Source: Nitrospirota bacterium
GTDB taxonomy: Bacteria; Nitrospirota; UBA9217
DNA: 64,000 bases
Direction: 5' to 3'
Assembly: GCA_963845065.1 (NCBI GenBank)
Contig: CAWJQQ010000008.1
Location: 224,001 to 288,000, forward strand
Below, in pieces: positions 62,024 to 64,000 of this stretch (position 1 is the stretch's first letter; every line of letters begins with the position of its first letter). A program made the position numbers and the translations under genes. The notes beneath the pieces were generated by a model that was given only the letters and a program-made list of their open reading frames with translations, was not told where the DNA came from and searched no databases.

Positions 62024-62581
62024 TTAATATCGTTGCGGCAATTCGTGTTTTCTTTTTAATAGATTTAGATGTACGGTGGCGCTGTTATCAGACAGCCAGA
62101 CCTGTCCATCTTGAATCGTGCATTGAAGCTGCATGGTGCGCTGCGCAAGTATTGCAAGCTCCTGGCTGGCTCCGGCAGGCACGCTGATGACAGCAAGATT
62201 TTTTAAACCTTCTAGGCCGCCCTTTATCTGCTTCCACCAAACGTCGGCACCGTGGCCGCTGAAGCTGTAGATGGCTACCTGCCTAGCGCGTCTGCAGGCC
62301 TTGCGGATGCGTTTCTCATCGGGCTGGCCCACATCGATCCAGAGCTCAATCGCACCGGTCAAATCCTTTTGCCACAACGCAGGCTCGTCATCAGTACTCA
62401 TCCCTTCAGCAAACAACAAGGCTTCATGCGCGTGAAGAGCAAAAGCGAGCAACCGCACCATCATGCGCTCGTCGTTTTCCGAGGGGTGGCGGGCGATGGT
62501 GAGGGAATGATCCTGGTAGTAATTGCGGTCCATGTCGCTTATATGGATCTCCACCTTAAAGATCGTTGCTTTCAAAGCCAT
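62024..62581 (-). CDS. yaeQ: YaeQ-family protein
   Basis: MALKATIFK..ARHPSENDERMMVRLLAF..LWIDVGQPDEKRI. Confidence 0.9.
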   Translation of the reverse strand: MALKATIFKVEIHISDMDRNYYQDHSLTIARHPSENDERMMVRLLAFALHAHEALLFAEGMSTDDEPALWQKDLTGAIELWIDVGQPDEKRIRKACRRARQVAIYSFSGHGADVWWKQIKGGLEGLKNLAVISVPAGASQELAILAQRTMQLQCTIQDGQVWLSDNSATVHLNLLKRKHELPQRY

Positions 62582-62828
62582 ATCAAAAACTCCGTTTCCG
62601 GACAAGCCTCAAAAAGTATCTCCTGGAGCACATAAGTGTCTCTTAGAGTAGTGGCTGGTTGGCACAGCTTTCGGTCAACAGATTTGGCTGGAGAACAACC
62701 AGGCCAGTAACATCAGCCCATGAATCGTGGCAACCATCTCTGCCGCATCTGAAAGCAAAATCAGCTGTGGCTTTCAGTAGCAATAGGGCCTGATTCGAGA
62801 ATCCTTGGCTTTCAGACCGGGGAGGATG

Positions 62829-63026
62829 TCAATAAGGGAGAATCGCTTTCACCCGACCGACAGCTCCGCTCTCAAGCCGGACCTTTATCCCATGTGGGTG
62901 CGTGGGAGATTTCGTCAGGACCTCTGCCACAATCCCCTCGGTCAAGTTACCGCTTCGTTGATCACTCTTCAACACGATCGAAACACGCAAGCCGCGTGCG
63001 ATATCGACACGTCTCGTCCCATCCAT
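62829..63026 (-). CDS. YwbE-family (DUF2196) protein
   Basis: VSIVLKSDQRSG..LTKSPTHPHGIKVRL..GRV. Confidence 0.85.
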   Translation of the reverse strand: MDGTRRVDIARGLRVSIVLKSDQRSGNLTEGIVAEVLTKSPTHPHGIKVRLESGAVGRVKAILPY

Positions 63027-63269
63027 AGTGAAATCTCTCAAAGAAAGATACCGTGACGGTTTGATTAAGTAGTGCAGCCTACATTAAGTGAACATGAAAT
63101 GCAAGAATTTTGAAAGGCACATTCCACTCCGCCAAATAATAACGAACTACTGCCCTTGAAACGCAAGGAAGCAATGATCTCTAGAGGTTTCTCAAGCTTA
63201 ACCATCGGAGTTAACGACTTTTGTGAATTCCTAGCGCCTTCAATTTGTCCCAATAGACCAGCAACTTAC

Positions 63270-63318
63270 TGAACCATCCGCAGAAAGCCCCTGGTTTATG
63301 CCATGGGGGTGTGATCAG
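63270..63318 (+). mobile_element. 49-bp single-hairpin left-end/right-end hybrid of the tnpB element
   Basis: TTAC (63266-63269)|tgaaccatccgcagAAAG-cccctggtttatgccatgggg-gtgtgaTCAG. Confidence 0.8.
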
Positions 63319-64000
63319 TTTTTCACATCCACCATTAAAAGCTCGGCATCGTTGTCAGCAATTACATCAATGGCATTTTCTTCGGTTATCATTGCCGCGC
63401 CGAGCGTCGGCACTCTTATGCTGTTTACGGTTATCGGTCCTCCCTCCAGCACATAAAGATATATACCGCGTCCGATCTCAAGTTTATAGTGTTCGGTCTT
63501 CCCGGCATGAAGAAAACTGGAAAGCACTCTGGCATCGGAAACGATAGGAAGGGTGCCTTTATCCTGGTTCGATACCAAGGGCAGAAACCGGTCAGTCCTG
63601 TTTTCCTTCTCGATTGCTTTCTGTTCTACAGCGGGTTCGAGACCGCGTTTGGATGGATAGAACCACATTTGGATGAACCGCATCGGCTTGTCTGGACGGT
63701 TGTTGATCTCCGAGTGCCACATGCCGCGGCCCACCGTTGTATGCTGTACCCATCCTTTCTTGAGAACGCCACCTTTGCCATGCTCGTCCGCATGCCTGAA
63801 TTCTCCGTCGGCAACGTAGGTGACGACCTCGTTGTCTTGATGGGGATGGAGCGGCCAGACGGCGCCGGGTGTCAGCGTATCATCATTAAACACGCGGAGC
63901 TCGCCGAAATCCTTAAATCGCGGATCAAAGTAATCACCGAATGAGAAATGCCACCTGCCGTGGAAGTTGCCATTCTCGATTTCGCCGTCGATCTGATAAA
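63315..64000 (-). CDS. Pirin-family protein (5' end outside window)
   Basis: WHFSFGDYFDP..FGELRVFNDD..HPHQDNEVVTYV..HSE..FIQMW. Confidence 0.9.
   Translation of the reverse strand, partial: YQIDGEIENGNFHGRWHFSFGDYFDPRFKDFGELRVFNDDTLTPGAVWPLHPHQDNEVVTYVADGEFRHADEHGKGGVLKKGWVQHTTVGRGMWHSEINNRPDKPMRFIQMWFYPSKRGLEPAVEQKAIEKENRTDRFLPLVSNQDKGTLPIVSDARVLSSFLHAGKTEHYKLEIGRGIYLYVLEGGPITVNSIRVPTLGAAMITEENAIDVIADNDAELLMVDVKN

Noticed and set aside
1..64000. CRISPR array, cas1/cas2, rRNA, tRNA
   Set aside because: No regularly spaced repeats or recognisable RNA genes seen; the repeated hairpins are dispersed IS ends

Overview
Bacterial chromosomal window. Gene order and protein style suggest Nitrospirota or a deltaproteobacterium-like anaerobe (inference only). 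Core content: the pheA-hisC-aroF-tyrA-aroA-cmk-ispH-rpsA-sppA-ihfB cluster, glgB and glgC, rlpA-pepA, uvrB, a six-gene alternative complex III/Qrc-like respiratory operon, signalling proteins, an ABC exporter, and a DUF2844/DUF3443 pair whose large subunit looks like a bilobed pepsin-type protease with Ig-like repeats. The most striking feature is a dense population of IS200/IS605-family (TnpB/OMEGA) elements with no tnpA in the window. Three divergent tnpB-only copies (two intact, one decayed) have IS608-like ends, all inserted after TTAC and ending in TCAG, with a covarying omega-RNA scaffold in their 3' ends. Also present: a 49-bp single-hairpin mini-element that has swapped a host gene's TAA stop for TGA; a 137-bp protein-free mini-element with its own guide/cleavage code (TTAT/TCAC); orphan left and right ends; a TnpB N-terminal fragment; and a decayed TnpB/Cas12-like gene with an unusually long RuvC insertion. 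A 249-bp IS1202-like MITE with a 17-bp target duplication lies upstream of the respiratory operon. No CRISPR array, rRNA or tRNA was seen.
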